From Candidatus Woesearchaeota archaeon (lineage in GTDB: Archaea; Nanobdellota; Nanobdellia; Woesearchaeales; UBA525): a stretch of 38,445 nt of DNA. Below the pieces are notes generated by a model. The model worked only from the letters and a program-made list of their open reading frames with translations. It searched no databases and was not told the DNA's origin. Positions 27,878 to 36,021 of this stretch are shown piece by piece. The position numbers were made by a program, and so were the translations under genes. The stretch is from the NCBI GenBank assembly GCA_018221245.1, contig JAAOYH010000030.1, forward strand, positions 1 to 38,445. Reading direction: 5' to 3'. The number at the start of each line of letters is the position of its first letter. The stretch's first letter is position 1.

Positions 27878-27963
27878 GTTCTCGACGGTAAAATAGAGGT
27901 TGTTGGAGGGCATCGAACCTTTTCGGCACAAGTCTTTATATATCAAATAAGGGGTGTTTGATT

Positions 27964-28350
27964 ATGAAAACCATACTTGTTGATGCAATAAACACTTTTG
28001 TAATCAAAGAAGAGGGGGTATTTGAAGAAATGTATGGGCTCTTGGAATCTTATCCAAACCCTAAGATTATCTTGACTGGCGCAAATGATGAGCAGATGAA
28101 GAAATTCGGTCTGGATAAGATGCCTTATACTGTATTCACTCTGAAGCACAATCCAGAGAAGACGGAAACTGAATATTTCACTAGAATGCTTCAACACTTC
28201 AATCTTGAAGCGGGAGACGTGATATATTTCGAGCATAACCCTGCTGCTGCTGAGGTTGCTAGATCTCTAGGAATAGAAACATTAGATTATGACAAAGATA
28301 AGAAGGATTTGATCTCTTTGAAGTCGTTCATTGATTCATTTGCCCTGTAA
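27964..28350 (+). CDS. Small HAD-fold protein with a degenerate catalytic motif (cassette 1 cargo)
   Basis: MKTILVDAINT, ILTGAN, PEKTETEYF, VIYFEHN..A...ARSLGI follow HAD motifs I-IV; own TATA TTTATATA at 27935-27942. Confidence 0.75.
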   Translation: MKTILVDAINTFVIKEEGVFEEMYGLLESYPNPKIILTGANDEQMKKFGLDKMPYTVFTLKHNPEKTETEYFTRMLQHFNLEAGDVIYFEHNPAAAEVARSLGIETLDYDKDKKDLISLKSFIDSFAL

Positions 28351-28352
28351 TC

Positions 28353-28392
28353 GGAATTTTCTCTTCACGCCCGGCGGGAGCAGTTCTGGACG
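28353..28392 (+). repeat. att-like junction between cassettes 1 and 2 (left arm + tRNA core + right arm)
   Basis: GGAATTTTCTCTTCACG-CCCGGCGGGAGCA-GTTCTGGACG; 29/30 identical to 29205-29234; core plus right arm 22/23 identical to 27865-27887. Confidence 0.85.
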
Positions 28393-28426
28393 CTGTTGCC
28401 ATAAATAACCAAACATATATGAACCT

Positions 28427-29155
28427 GTGTTGGAGGCAAATGGTGTGGATATCGAGGCAGTAAAAAGGGATGTGGAGTACACCAAGACAAGATTCGAGAG
28501 AATGCTCCACAATCTCACTCTTCTTCATCAGCAGAAAATTATCATAGTGCAAGATATCAATAAATCCAATAATATACAAGAAAAGACCAATCTCATTAAA
28601 CGTCTTCATGATAGAATCGCAAGGGAGGAAAAATATGTCCGTCTACTGGGTAAAGGGCTAGCAAACCTTCTTAGTGATATAAAAAGTGCTTTCGACGAAT
28701 GCAGAAATATCCATAGGGCCTCTGATAAAGAAAGCCTTCTCCTTATAGTTAGTTTAGAGGGTCTATTGAAAAAGGAAGAAAAGGTGATTCTTTTCCTCCA
28801 AAATACGTTTGGTCAGATGGAAAAAAGGATTCAACGGGAAAAGAAATATGTCCATAGAGGGATCGGAGAATTTAACTCTGGTGATTATCAAAAGTTCTTT
28901 GAAGAGTTCGAGAAAGAGATCAAACTGGAAGCAGGGACATTCAAGATAAAAGATGAAATAACAAGAATTGTAGACAAAGGAGAGGAGGTCATACTGATTA
29001 GCAAGGTTGTGTCTAAGAAAGTAGATCGTGTGGTGGGCTTCGCGATAGCAGGAACAACAATCATCCTTGCCGGGTTAGCCCCTGAGCTACTTGGGTTCTT
29101 CGGGTCATTTCTTTTTACTATTGGTGGAATAACTATAGGGACCCGCGGCATTTGA
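28427..29155 (+). CDS. Coiled-coil protein with a C-terminal hydrophobic hairpin (cassette 2 cargo)
   Basis: 242-aa helical ORF with two Gly-rich hydrophobic segments at the C-terminus; ATAAATA about 26 nt upstream. Confidence 0.65.
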   Translation: MLEANGVDIEAVKRDVEYTKTRFERMLHNLTLLHQQKIIIVQDINKSNNIQEKTNLIKRLHDRIAREEKYVRLLGKGLANLLSDIKSAFDECRNIHRASDKESLLLIVSLEGLLKKEEKVILFLQNTFGQMEKRIQREKKYVHRGIGEFNSGDYQKFFEEFEKEIKLEAGTFKIKDEITRIVDKGEEVILISKVVSKKVDRVVGFAIAGTTIILAGLAPELLGFFGSFLFTIGGITIGTRGI

Positions 29156-29204
29156 ATTTTATTTCCAAGGCCCGGATAAATAATGTGGGGATTGCCCCTT
29201 TCCT

Positions 29205-29234
29205 GGAATTTTCTCCTCACGCCCGGCGGGAGCA
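29205..29234 (+). repeat. attR-like distal junction (left arm + tRNA-Glu core)
   Basis: GGAATTTTCTCCTCACG-CCCGGCGGGAGCA, then diverges into TCTACT, which contains the stop of the convergent gene. Confidence 0.85.
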
Positions 29235-29235
29235 T

Positions 29236-29541
29236 CTACTCAGCGATAATGTTGTAGATATTCTCTTCCTTTTCTTCATCGCCGAGCTGCAGGATATAGG
29301 CGACCTCGTACTGTCCTGGCTCTAGAGCTTTCAGCGTGAAGATCTCTGGCCTCCTTCCACCTATGAGTGGGGTCCCGTCTTCTCCTGTAGGTAGTTCGCC
29401 CTTGACGCCGTCAAGAACATCAATTCCTTTGGGTGTGTGGAGATATCCGTGCAGGTGTGCAGCGCCCTTCTCAGTGATTTCAAATACCTCGCCGACCTTG
29501 ACTTCCAGTGTCTTTTCCGATAGTATTTCTCTTTCCATCAT
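29236..29541 (-). CDS. Small Ig-like protein resembling the chagasin/I42 inhibitor fold
   Basis: LEVKVGEVFEI ... LIGG..PEIFTLKALEPGQYEV; lacks the NPTTGY and RPW motifs; start set at ATG 29541 from TATA spacing. Confidence 0.55.
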   Translation of the reverse strand: MMEREILSEKTLEVKVGEVFEITEKGAAHLHGYLHTPKGIDVLDGVKGELPTGEDGTPLIGGRRPEIFTLKALEPGQYEVAYILQLGDEEKEENIYNIIAE

Positions 29542-29799
29542 GGTTTTCCAGAACACGCAAATAAGTATTTATCGCTCAGCTTTTGGTAGGGGGAGCATCT
29601 CCCTATCATTTTGGCGATAGAACCTGTATTTTAGAACGCCGCTCTTGTCATGAACGACGGCGCATTATATTTAAATCTTATTAATGGAGGATTCTCATGC
29701 AGAATAATCATTTGAAAATGAATGGGTTGAAATTAGTCTTAGACTTGTAGTAGTTTTCAAGTAACAACTATTATATATCTTCATCATTAGGGGCGTTGC

Positions 29800-31701
29800 A
29801 TGGTAACAAAACACATTCTCACATTTGCGTTGTGCTTTTTGCTGGTTTTAGCAGCGTGCAATGACAGTAACGTAGCTGGTGAAGCAAAAGGGGGATCAAA
29901 AGGACCTCCTGGTGTAGACATTGCTCCCCCCTCGATAGAGTATGGGGAGTTTCAAATGAAACAGCACATTCGTGAAATGGTGTCTGGGACTCTAACTGCA
30001 AATGAGTTGCCTGGACTTGCGGATTATATCATAGCAGAAAAAAAATCATCCACAACATTCGGCCAGAGCCTTACTATTGGAGATGGTCTCCAACTCATTG
30101 CAGTGAACTATGTGGAGAATGAGGATGATACACTCGGAGATTTTTTTGTCGTTGATACAGGTTTGCCTTTCTTCTCTTGGGAAGGGACGTTTTCTCAGGC
30201 CTTGGCTGAGCCATATGAAGGCAAGTATATCCCGATTCTTGGCAAGGCATATAAGATATTTAGAGCCACATCTTTTGGGGAGGATGGTCTTTCTTTGGAA
30301 CTTATCCCTGCATCATCATTTGAGGGAAGCATGAAAGAAGGAGAAACAGACACATTTATTGTTGATGGATTAACAATGGAAGTAACGTTGGTGTTTGTTG
30401 AAACAAGCGGCACACCATACGCGAAATTTTCTGTCGACGGTGTTTTGACTGACAATATAGGGGTTGGAGATACAGATTTCTTATTGAATAGTCTCCAACT
30501 AGGAGTGTCTGACATCCAAGCGAAACGTAAGAGCAGCAGTGTAGATTTCTTTATATCAGGTCCAGGCGTAAAATTCACAGACACGAATACGGCTTCTAGT
30601 ACAAACGGAGGGAGCGTGGAAATTGGAGCAGAGAATATAGAAGATGCAACTGTGGAGCTGATAGTGGGTGCTTCTGGCATCACAGGCATTAAGTATGATC
30701 TCCAAGCAGATGCGAACGTTGGTTCCATACTCTATGTTGCTCCAGGACAGGGTGTCAAGGATTTTTTGGATGAGCCTGAAGGACTATTTGGGTTGGATGT
30801 TGTGTTTGAAAGTGTTGATAGTGTTGCATCCTCGAAGATTGAATTCGGAGCTTATGGGGATAATGAGTATGGACTCAAGGTGACAAACTCAAGAGGAAAG
30901 ATGTACTCAGCACCATTAGTGATAGCGCTCAATGAAACGATTAAATGGGGTGACGCAGACGATGACTTTTGGTTCACTGAGCCGTCATTTACATCAGGTC
31001 TCACGATTGATCTCTCAGGGAGTGATTTTTGGATATCAGACGATGATTACTTCGTTGTGAGTCGTGATGATGTAGGGCCCTCTGCAATCCTCCAATACGA
31101 TGACATTGACACAAGTGAACGTGTTATTTACTTCAACGATGCGGCAACAGGCGAAACAAAAAGCGTTAGCTATATTCTTGATGCAAACGACCCGGACATC
31201 CTGGGCTATACAAGGAACTTAGTCGTTGAAGGAAACACGTACGCGGTATGGGTTGCCAGTTCACAAGGGCATCCTTTGGCGATTGATCTAAATGGAGATG
31301 CTATGCTTTCTGGAGCAAATGTCGGCTTCACAGTGAACGGAGGAGGTGTTCTCAACTTTGGAGGATACCAGGCTGGAGATTCATTTGTTTACGGTGGATT
31401 GAACATGAGCCTCGCTACGAATTTTGAGTCAGGAACTGAAGTGTTGAATTGGCAGATATGGGCTGATTTTTTTGAGGTACGCTTAGGACACATAATGTAC
31501 TCAGGACCTTTCGCTGCTGACGCGGAGTCTAATAGGTTCCGCATGATTAACGACGACATGGATGACAACTGGGACAGGGGTAGAACCGATTATGGTGCTC
31601 TTGTAGAATACTACAATCCCCGTACTGCTACACCTGAAGAGCTTTTCATCACTTACCCTGAAAACAGCGTTGAAACCAACATTCTCGTGAAGCTTGGCTG
31701 A
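29800..31701 (+). CDS. S-layer-like acidic surface protein with a lipobox
   Basis: Signal peptide ending LAAC; D/E/G/S/T-rich beta-type body; MKEGETDTFIVDG...EVTLVFV...AKFSVDG pattern typical of archaeal S-layer proteins; TTATATA upstream. Confidence 0.7.
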   Translation: MVTKHILTFALCFLLVLAACNDSNVAGEAKGGSKGPPGVDIAPPSIEYGEFQMKQHIREMVSGTLTANELPGLADYIIAEKKSSTTFGQSLTIGDGLQLIAVNYVENEDDTLGDFFVVDTGLPFFSWEGTFSQALAEPYEGKYIPILGKAYKIFRATSFGEDGLSLELIPASSFEGSMKEGETDTFIVDGLTMEVTLVFVETSGTPYAKFSVDGVLTDNIGVGDTDFLLNSLQLGVSDIQAKRKSSSVDFFISGPGVKFTDTNTASSTNGGSVEIGAENIEDATVELIVGASGITGIKYDLQADANVGSILYVAPGQGVKDFLDEPEGLFGLDVVFESVDSVASSKIEFGAYGDNEYGLKVTNSRGKMYSAPLVIALNETIKWGDADDDFWFTEPSFTSGLTIDLSGSDFWISDDDYFVVSRDDVGPSAILQYDDIDTSERVIYFNDAATGETKSVSYILDANDPDILGYTRNLVVEGNTYAVWVASSQGHPLAIDLNGDAMLSGANVGFTVNGGGVLNFGGYQAGDSFVYGGLNMSLATNFESGTEVLNWQIWADFFEVRLGHIMYSGPFAADAESNRFRMINDDMDDNWDRGRTDYGALVEYYNPRTATPEELFITYPENSVETNILVKLG

Positions 31702-31732
31702 TTTTTTTTTTTTTTATTTTTTTTTTTATTTT
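31702..31732 (+). terminator. Long oligo-T archaeal terminator
   Basis: T14-A-T11-A-T4 directly after the stop codon. Confidence 0.7.
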
Positions 31733-31798
31733 GTGTGTGGGCATAACAATCTGTTTTATAAATGAAAGTCAGTTCTGCTTTTTAAAAGAGTGATTCTC

Positions 31799-33067
31799 AT
31801 GCAGAATGTCTTTGAAAACATGTCGGAGCCCTTGAAGAGGGCCATAGATATGCAGGGCTATAAGGAGCCCACAGCTATTCAGGAACAGGCAATCCCTAAA
31901 GTTTTAGTGGGAAAAGATGTACTGGGCATTGCTCAGACAGGGACTGGAAAAACAGCAGCCTTTGTCCTGCCTATGCTACAAAGAATGATTCTTGACCCTA
32001 GACGGGGAATCCGATCGTTAATCCTCTGTCCGACAAGAGAGTTGGCAATGCAGGTAGCGGAAGAGATAAAGATATTCGCCAAGAATACAAGAATAAAGCA
32101 CGTCGCAGTATATGGTGGTGTAAAACAAGGCCCTCAAGTCACTGCACTTAAGCAGGGAGTAGACATTCTCGTAGCAACGCCAGGAAGATTAATGGATCTC
32201 CACCAGCAGGGCCATGTCAACCTTGGAAAGGTCGAATTCTTCGTCCTGGATGAGGCTGATAGAATGCTTGACATGGGTTTCATTCCCGACATAAAGAAAA
32301 TCTCTAATCTTATCCCTAAAAATCGACAGACTCTTTACTTTTCAGCGACTATGTCTAACATGGTATCCAAACTAGCTAACTCGTTATTGAAAGATCCTGT
32401 CAGGGTTGAAGTGACTCCACAGGCAACTCCTGTTGAGAAGATTGAGCAAAGAGTCCTGTTTGTCGACCACGCAGACAAGTTTGATCTGTTGCTTTATCTT
32501 CTAGAACACGATTATTTGGAGAAAGTTCTCATCTTTAACAAAACAAAGCGCGGAGCAGACAAGATTTGCAGGAAACTAAAGCAAAAAAACGTTTCTGCCC
32601 AACAGATTCACGGGGACAGGACGCAAAATCAGAGGACTCAGGCATTGAAGGCCTTTTCTTCAGGTAAAGTACGTTGTCTTGTAGCTACAGACGTCGCGGC
32701 TAGAGGCATTGACATTGATGATATTAGCCACGTGATAAATTTCGATCTTCCACGAGAGGCCGAGAACTACGTTCACAGGATTGGTCGTACCGCGAGAGCT
32801 GGGGCTGAAGGAACTGCTTATTCATTCTGTACTGCGGACGACAAACCTCTGTTACTAGCCATTCATAAGGTGCTGAAGAAAGAGTTAATCACTCTAGAGC
32901 ACAAGTTCCACTCAGAAAAAGCCTCAAAAAGCACAGTAAAGAGTGAAAAAAAGGAATCTAAACGTTTCTCTAAGAACAGAAGGAGTGGCCCTAGAGGCAA
33001 AGGTGCCTCAAAGAGAAAACCTAAGGGTGGTTTCCACAAGTTCAAGCGTCGCGGCAGAAAACGATAA
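31799..33067 (+). CDS. DEAD-box RNA helicase (RhlE-like) with a basic C-terminal tail
   Basis: Q motif GYKEPTAIQ, AQTGTGKT, PTRELA, TPGRL, DEAD, SAT, ARGID, HRIGRTAR. Confidence 0.96.
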   Translation: MQNVFENMSEPLKRAIDMQGYKEPTAIQEQAIPKVLVGKDVLGIAQTGTGKTAAFVLPMLQRMILDPRRGIRSLILCPTRELAMQVAEEIKIFAKNTRIKHVAVYGGVKQGPQVTALKQGVDILVATPGRLMDLHQQGHVNLGKVEFFVLDEADRMLDMGFIPDIKKISNLIPKNRQTLYFSATMSNMVSKLANSLLKDPVRVEVTPQATPVEKIEQRVLFVDHADKFDLLLYLLEHDYLEKVLIFNKTKRGADKICRKLKQKNVSAQQIHGDRTQNQRTQALKAFSSGKVRCLVATDVAARGIDIDDISHVINFDLPREAENYVHRIGRTARAGAEGTAYSFCTADDKPLLLAIHKVLKKELITLEHKFHSEKASKSTVKSEKKESKRFSKNRRSGPRGKGASKRKPKGGFHKFKRRGRKR

Positions 33068-33108
33068 TCTCCGAAAAGTAATTATACTTCATTCACTCGC
33101 CAGTGAGT

Positions 33109-33504
33109 ATGGGACACCCGCTCATCGACAAAATCATCAATGACGGCATAGATTCTGTAAATGTAGATATGCTCTCCGACCAGCTCAGATTCGACCTAAT
33201 GTCTGAGGCTGGAAAGAAACTCCTGCACATGGGTCGTTTGAGAGAGTCCGCGGATGCTTTTGCCATCGGTGGCAACCAGGAGCAGCTCATGGAGCAGGGA
33301 AGATGGTTTCTCGACCAGAGACGCTATGGCCCTGCAGCATTGTTCTTACGTCACGCAGCACATCCTGACATGCTGATGGAGCTCGCCCAGAAGTGTCTCG
33401 CTGCTGGACATGTCGAGGAGGCAGCGGCTGTGTACGAGTCTCTAGGCGACGAGACAATGGCTCAGTTCATCAAGTCGAACTTCACTCAGACGCAGAGCCC
33501 TTAG
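33109..33504 (+). CDS. Small helical-repeat hypothetical protein
   Basis: TPR/clathrin-like repeats (e.g. LAQKCLAAGHVEEAAAVYESLG). Confidence 0.65.
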   Translation: MGHPLIDKIINDGIDSVNVDMLSDQLRFDLMSEAGKKLLHMGRLRESADAFAIGGNQEQLMEQGRWFLDQRRYGPAALFLRHAAHPDMLMELAQKCLAAGHVEEAAAVYESLGDETMAQFIKSNFTQTQSP

Positions 33505-33859
33505 TTGCATCAATAATAGGTTTTTGAGTTTCGTACTGATCCCTCAAGTGTTTAACATTCTTTTCTGCGAACTTCAGAAGCTCTTCGAAGAATTCAGGAT
33601 TATCAATCATGAGGTTCATGCAGTCGTGGGCCCATGAATTCATCTCGTAAAGGGAGTTCCCCATATGAACATACATTGTGTGGTCGTCAGCGTGTCTTGT
33701 CTTCTGAACCTTAACCAAGTTGAGATGGGTTCCATGGCCAAAACTCTCTACCTTTTGCAAAAGTCCAAAGTCGTGTAACTTCTTGCAGAATTCATCAGAC
33801 TCCTCTAGAATATTGTCGATTCCATCATTGTATATTGTAAATGTGGTTAGGTATCCCAT
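33482..33859 (-). CDS. Hypothetical protein
   Basis: 125-aa ATG-started ORF with protein-like composition; overlaps the neighbour convergently by 23 nt. Confidence 0.6.
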   Translation of the reverse strand: MGYLTTFTIYNDGIDNILEESDEFCKKLHDFGLLQKVESFGHGTHLNLVKVQKTRHADDHTMYVHMGNSLYEMNSWAHDCMNLMIDNPEFFEELLKFAEKNVKHLRDQYETQKPIIDATKGSASE

Positions 33860-33960
33860 TAGAAACAGGATTCAGTTCAGATTAATAACTTCTCCGTAAC
33901 TTTTATAAACACTTCTTGAATCTCATGCACTAACTTACTCCTTAGGGAGGAGTCACGCAC

Positions 33961-34608
33961 ATGGCGCTCGACGAAAAAAAACTAAAAGAAGCTGTACAGT
34001 CACTGCACAAGCACAAAGTGAAGTTCTCACAATCGTACGATCTCCTGGTCAGCCTGAAAGATCTAAACCTGAAGAACCCAGACGATCAGGTAGAATTCTT
34101 TACACAATTACCAGTAAGTCCTGGTAAGAAAATCTCAGTATGTGCTCTCGTAGGTCCAGAAATGGTCGACGAAGCAAAATCTGCGATGGACAAAGTAGTC
34201 CGCCAGTCAGAGTTCGGAAAGCTCCAGAAGACGGACGTGAAGAAGCTCGCGAAAGAGTATGACTACTTTGTAGGACAAGCCAATATAATGCCTAAGATTG
34301 CGCAGTCTTTCGGCCGTGTCCTAGGTCCCAAGGGCAAGATGCCAAACCCTAAAGCAGGATGCATTGTCCCGCCTAAGGCACCCTTGAAACCTCTTGTGGA
34401 CAGGCTCCAGAAAACTGTCAAGATATCTGCAAGGAAAATTCCTAATATCCAAATCAGAGTCGCCAGCCAGGCGATGAAGGAAGAGGAGGTCGTTAAAAAC
34501 GTCCTTACAGTCTACGACCAGATAGTCCATCACCTCCCTAGAGAAGAGAACAACGTGCGTTCCGTGTTCCTAAAGGTCACGATGAGCGCGCCGGTGAAAC
34601 TCAAATGA
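33961..34608 (+). CDS. rpl1: 50S ribosomal protein L1 (uL1)
   Basis: KFSQSYDL, FGRVLGPKGKMPNP, VFLKVTMSAPVK; GGAGG RBS. Confidence 0.96.
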   Translation: MALDEKKLKEAVQSLHKHKVKFSQSYDLLVSLKDLNLKNPDDQVEFFTQLPVSPGKKISVCALVGPEMVDEAKSAMDKVVRQSEFGKLQKTDVKKLAKEYDYFVGQANIMPKIAQSFGRVLGPKGKMPNPKAGCIVPPKAPLKPLVDRLQKTVKISARKIPNIQIRVASQAMKEEEVVKNVLTVYDQIVHHLPREENNVRSVFLKVTMSAPVKLK

Positions 34609-35648
34609 TCAACTACAAGCCACACGTCAGCGAGGTCAAGGAGGCCACCGTGAAGCAGCTTGTGAAACAGCTCGATGAGGCACCAATCATAGGCATCCTC
34701 AACATGGAGAGCCTTCCTGCAAAGAACCTCGCGAGGATGAGAAAATCACTCCGTGACAAAGTAGAGATAGTCATGGCTAAACGTAGGCTCATCAAGATAG
34801 CTCTAGGAAAGAGCAAGAAACAAGGTATTGATCAGCTAGACCCTTACCTTACAGGTATGCCTGCTCTCTTATTCACAAAGGACAACCCTTTCACACTATT
34901 CAAGATAATCAAGAAGAACCAGAGCCCCGCTCCAATTAAGGCAGGTCAGGAAGCGCCAAAGGATCTTGTGATCCCTGCAGGCCCAACCCAGTTTCCTCCC
35001 GGACCGATTATCGGTGAGCTTGGCGGCATGGGAATCAAGGCAGGCATCCAGGATGGCAAGGTAGTCATCAAGGAAGATGCAACAATTCTCAAGGAAGGGG
35101 AATTGGCGGACGTCGAGAAAGCAGGATTCTGCGCGAAGATGGGTATGGAGCCCATGCGTATCGGGCTTACGCTCACGGCAGTCTTCGAGAACGGGGAGAT
35201 ACTAACCTCGAAGGTCCTAGACATAGACGAAGACAAGTTCATGCAGGACATCGCGACCGCAGCATCCCAGGCAAGTAACCTAGCGTACGAAATCATGTAC
35301 ACAACATCAGACAATATTATCATGTTCATCCAGAAGGCACATGTTGAGGCAGAGAACCTCTCCTACGAGGCAGAGGTGCTCACAGACAGCAACACATCAA
35401 GACTACTGGCAAAGGCGGATGCGCAGGCGGCCACGCTGAAGAGCAAGGTTCCCGACGCACCTGTAAAGGAAAAACCAAAGGAGACTCCTGAGGAGAAACC
35501 TGCTGAGCCAACAGAGAAACCTGCAGAAGAACCAAAAACAGAGCAGGAAGAAAAGAAAGAGGAAACTAAGGAAGAGCCGAAGGCAGAAGAAGTGGCTGAA
35601 AAGCCAGCCGAGACAGAACCAGAAGGAGAGAAATCAGAATCACAATAG
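34605..35648 (+). CDS. rpl10: 50S ribosomal protein L10/P0 (uL10)
   Basis: [41 protein letters not shown]. Confidence 0.95.
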   Translation: MINYKPHVSEVKEATVKQLVKQLDEAPIIGILNMESLPAKNLARMRKSLRDKVEIVMAKRRLIKIALGKSKKQGIDQLDPYLTGMPALLFTKDNPFTLFKIIKKNQSPAPIKAGQEAPKDLVIPAGPTQFPPGPIIGELGGMGIKAGIQDGKVVIKEDATILKEGELADVEKAGFCAKMGMEPMRIGLTLTAVFENGEILTSKVLDIDEDKFMQDIATAASQASNLAYEIMYTTSDNIIMFIQKAHVEAENLSYEAEVLTDSNTSRLLAKADAQAATLKSKVPDAPVKEKPKETPEEKPAEPTEKPAEEPKTEQEEKKEETKEEPKAEEVAEKPAETEPEGEKSESQ

Positions 35649-35659
35649 GAGGCGAACCC

Positions 35660-35974
35660 ATGGAATACATTTACACAGCACTACTCTTGCACAAAGCAGG
35701 GCAAGAGGTATCCGAAACCAATGTCAAAAAAGTCCTTGAAGCAGCAGGTGTTAAAGCAGACGATGGCCGAATCAAAGCCCTAATGGCAGCGCTAGATGGC
35801 GTCAACATTGAGGATGCGATCGCGACCGCGGCTCCAGCAGCCGCTGCACCAGCTCCTGCCGCAGCAGGTGGCGGAGACGCTCCTGCAGCAGAGGCCAAGG
35901 AAGAGAAGAAAGAGGAAGAGGAGAAAGTGAGCGAAGAAGAGGCCGCAGCAGGTCTTGGCGCGCTCTTCGGCTAA
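35660..35974 (+). CDS. rpl12: 50S ribosomal protein L12/P1
   Basis: [11 protein letters not shown], Ala-rich hinge, [13 protein letters not shown]. Confidence 0.97.
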   Translation: MEYIYTALLLHKAGQEVSETNVKKVLEAAGVKADDGRIKALMAALDGVNIEDAIATAAPAAAAPAPAAAGGGDAPAAEAKEEKKEEEEKVSEEEAAAGLGALFG

Positions 35975-36021
35975 GCCGGACCTTTTCTCATCCTTTTTTT
36001 CCATTTATTATAGGTGGTTGA

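Larger units (their letters stand above)
27865..29234 (+). mobile_element. Tandem integrase-less mini-cassettes (505 bp and 852 bp) inserted at the tRNA-Glu 3' end
   Basis: Core CCCGGCGGGAGCA at 27865-27877, 28370-28382 and 29222-29234; left arm GGAATTTTCTCYTCACG shared by copies 2 and 3; right arm GTTCTSGACG shared by copies 1 and 2. Confidence 0.75.

Noticed and set aside
27865-29234. Repeats read as a CRISPR array or as classical integron attC sites
   Set aside because: The spacers are 0.5-0.85 kb genes, there are no cas genes, and the RYYYAAC/GTTRRRY boxes are absent; the core is the tRNA 3' end.
28353-29234. Repeat copies read as split-tRNA halves or tRNA pseudogenes
   Set aside because: Only 13 nt match the tRNA (no T loop or anticodon half) and no bulge-helix-bulge pairing partner is evident.
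33482-33859. Orphan gene upstream of rpl1 as a mobile element
   Set aside because: No flanking repeats, transposase or integrase visible.
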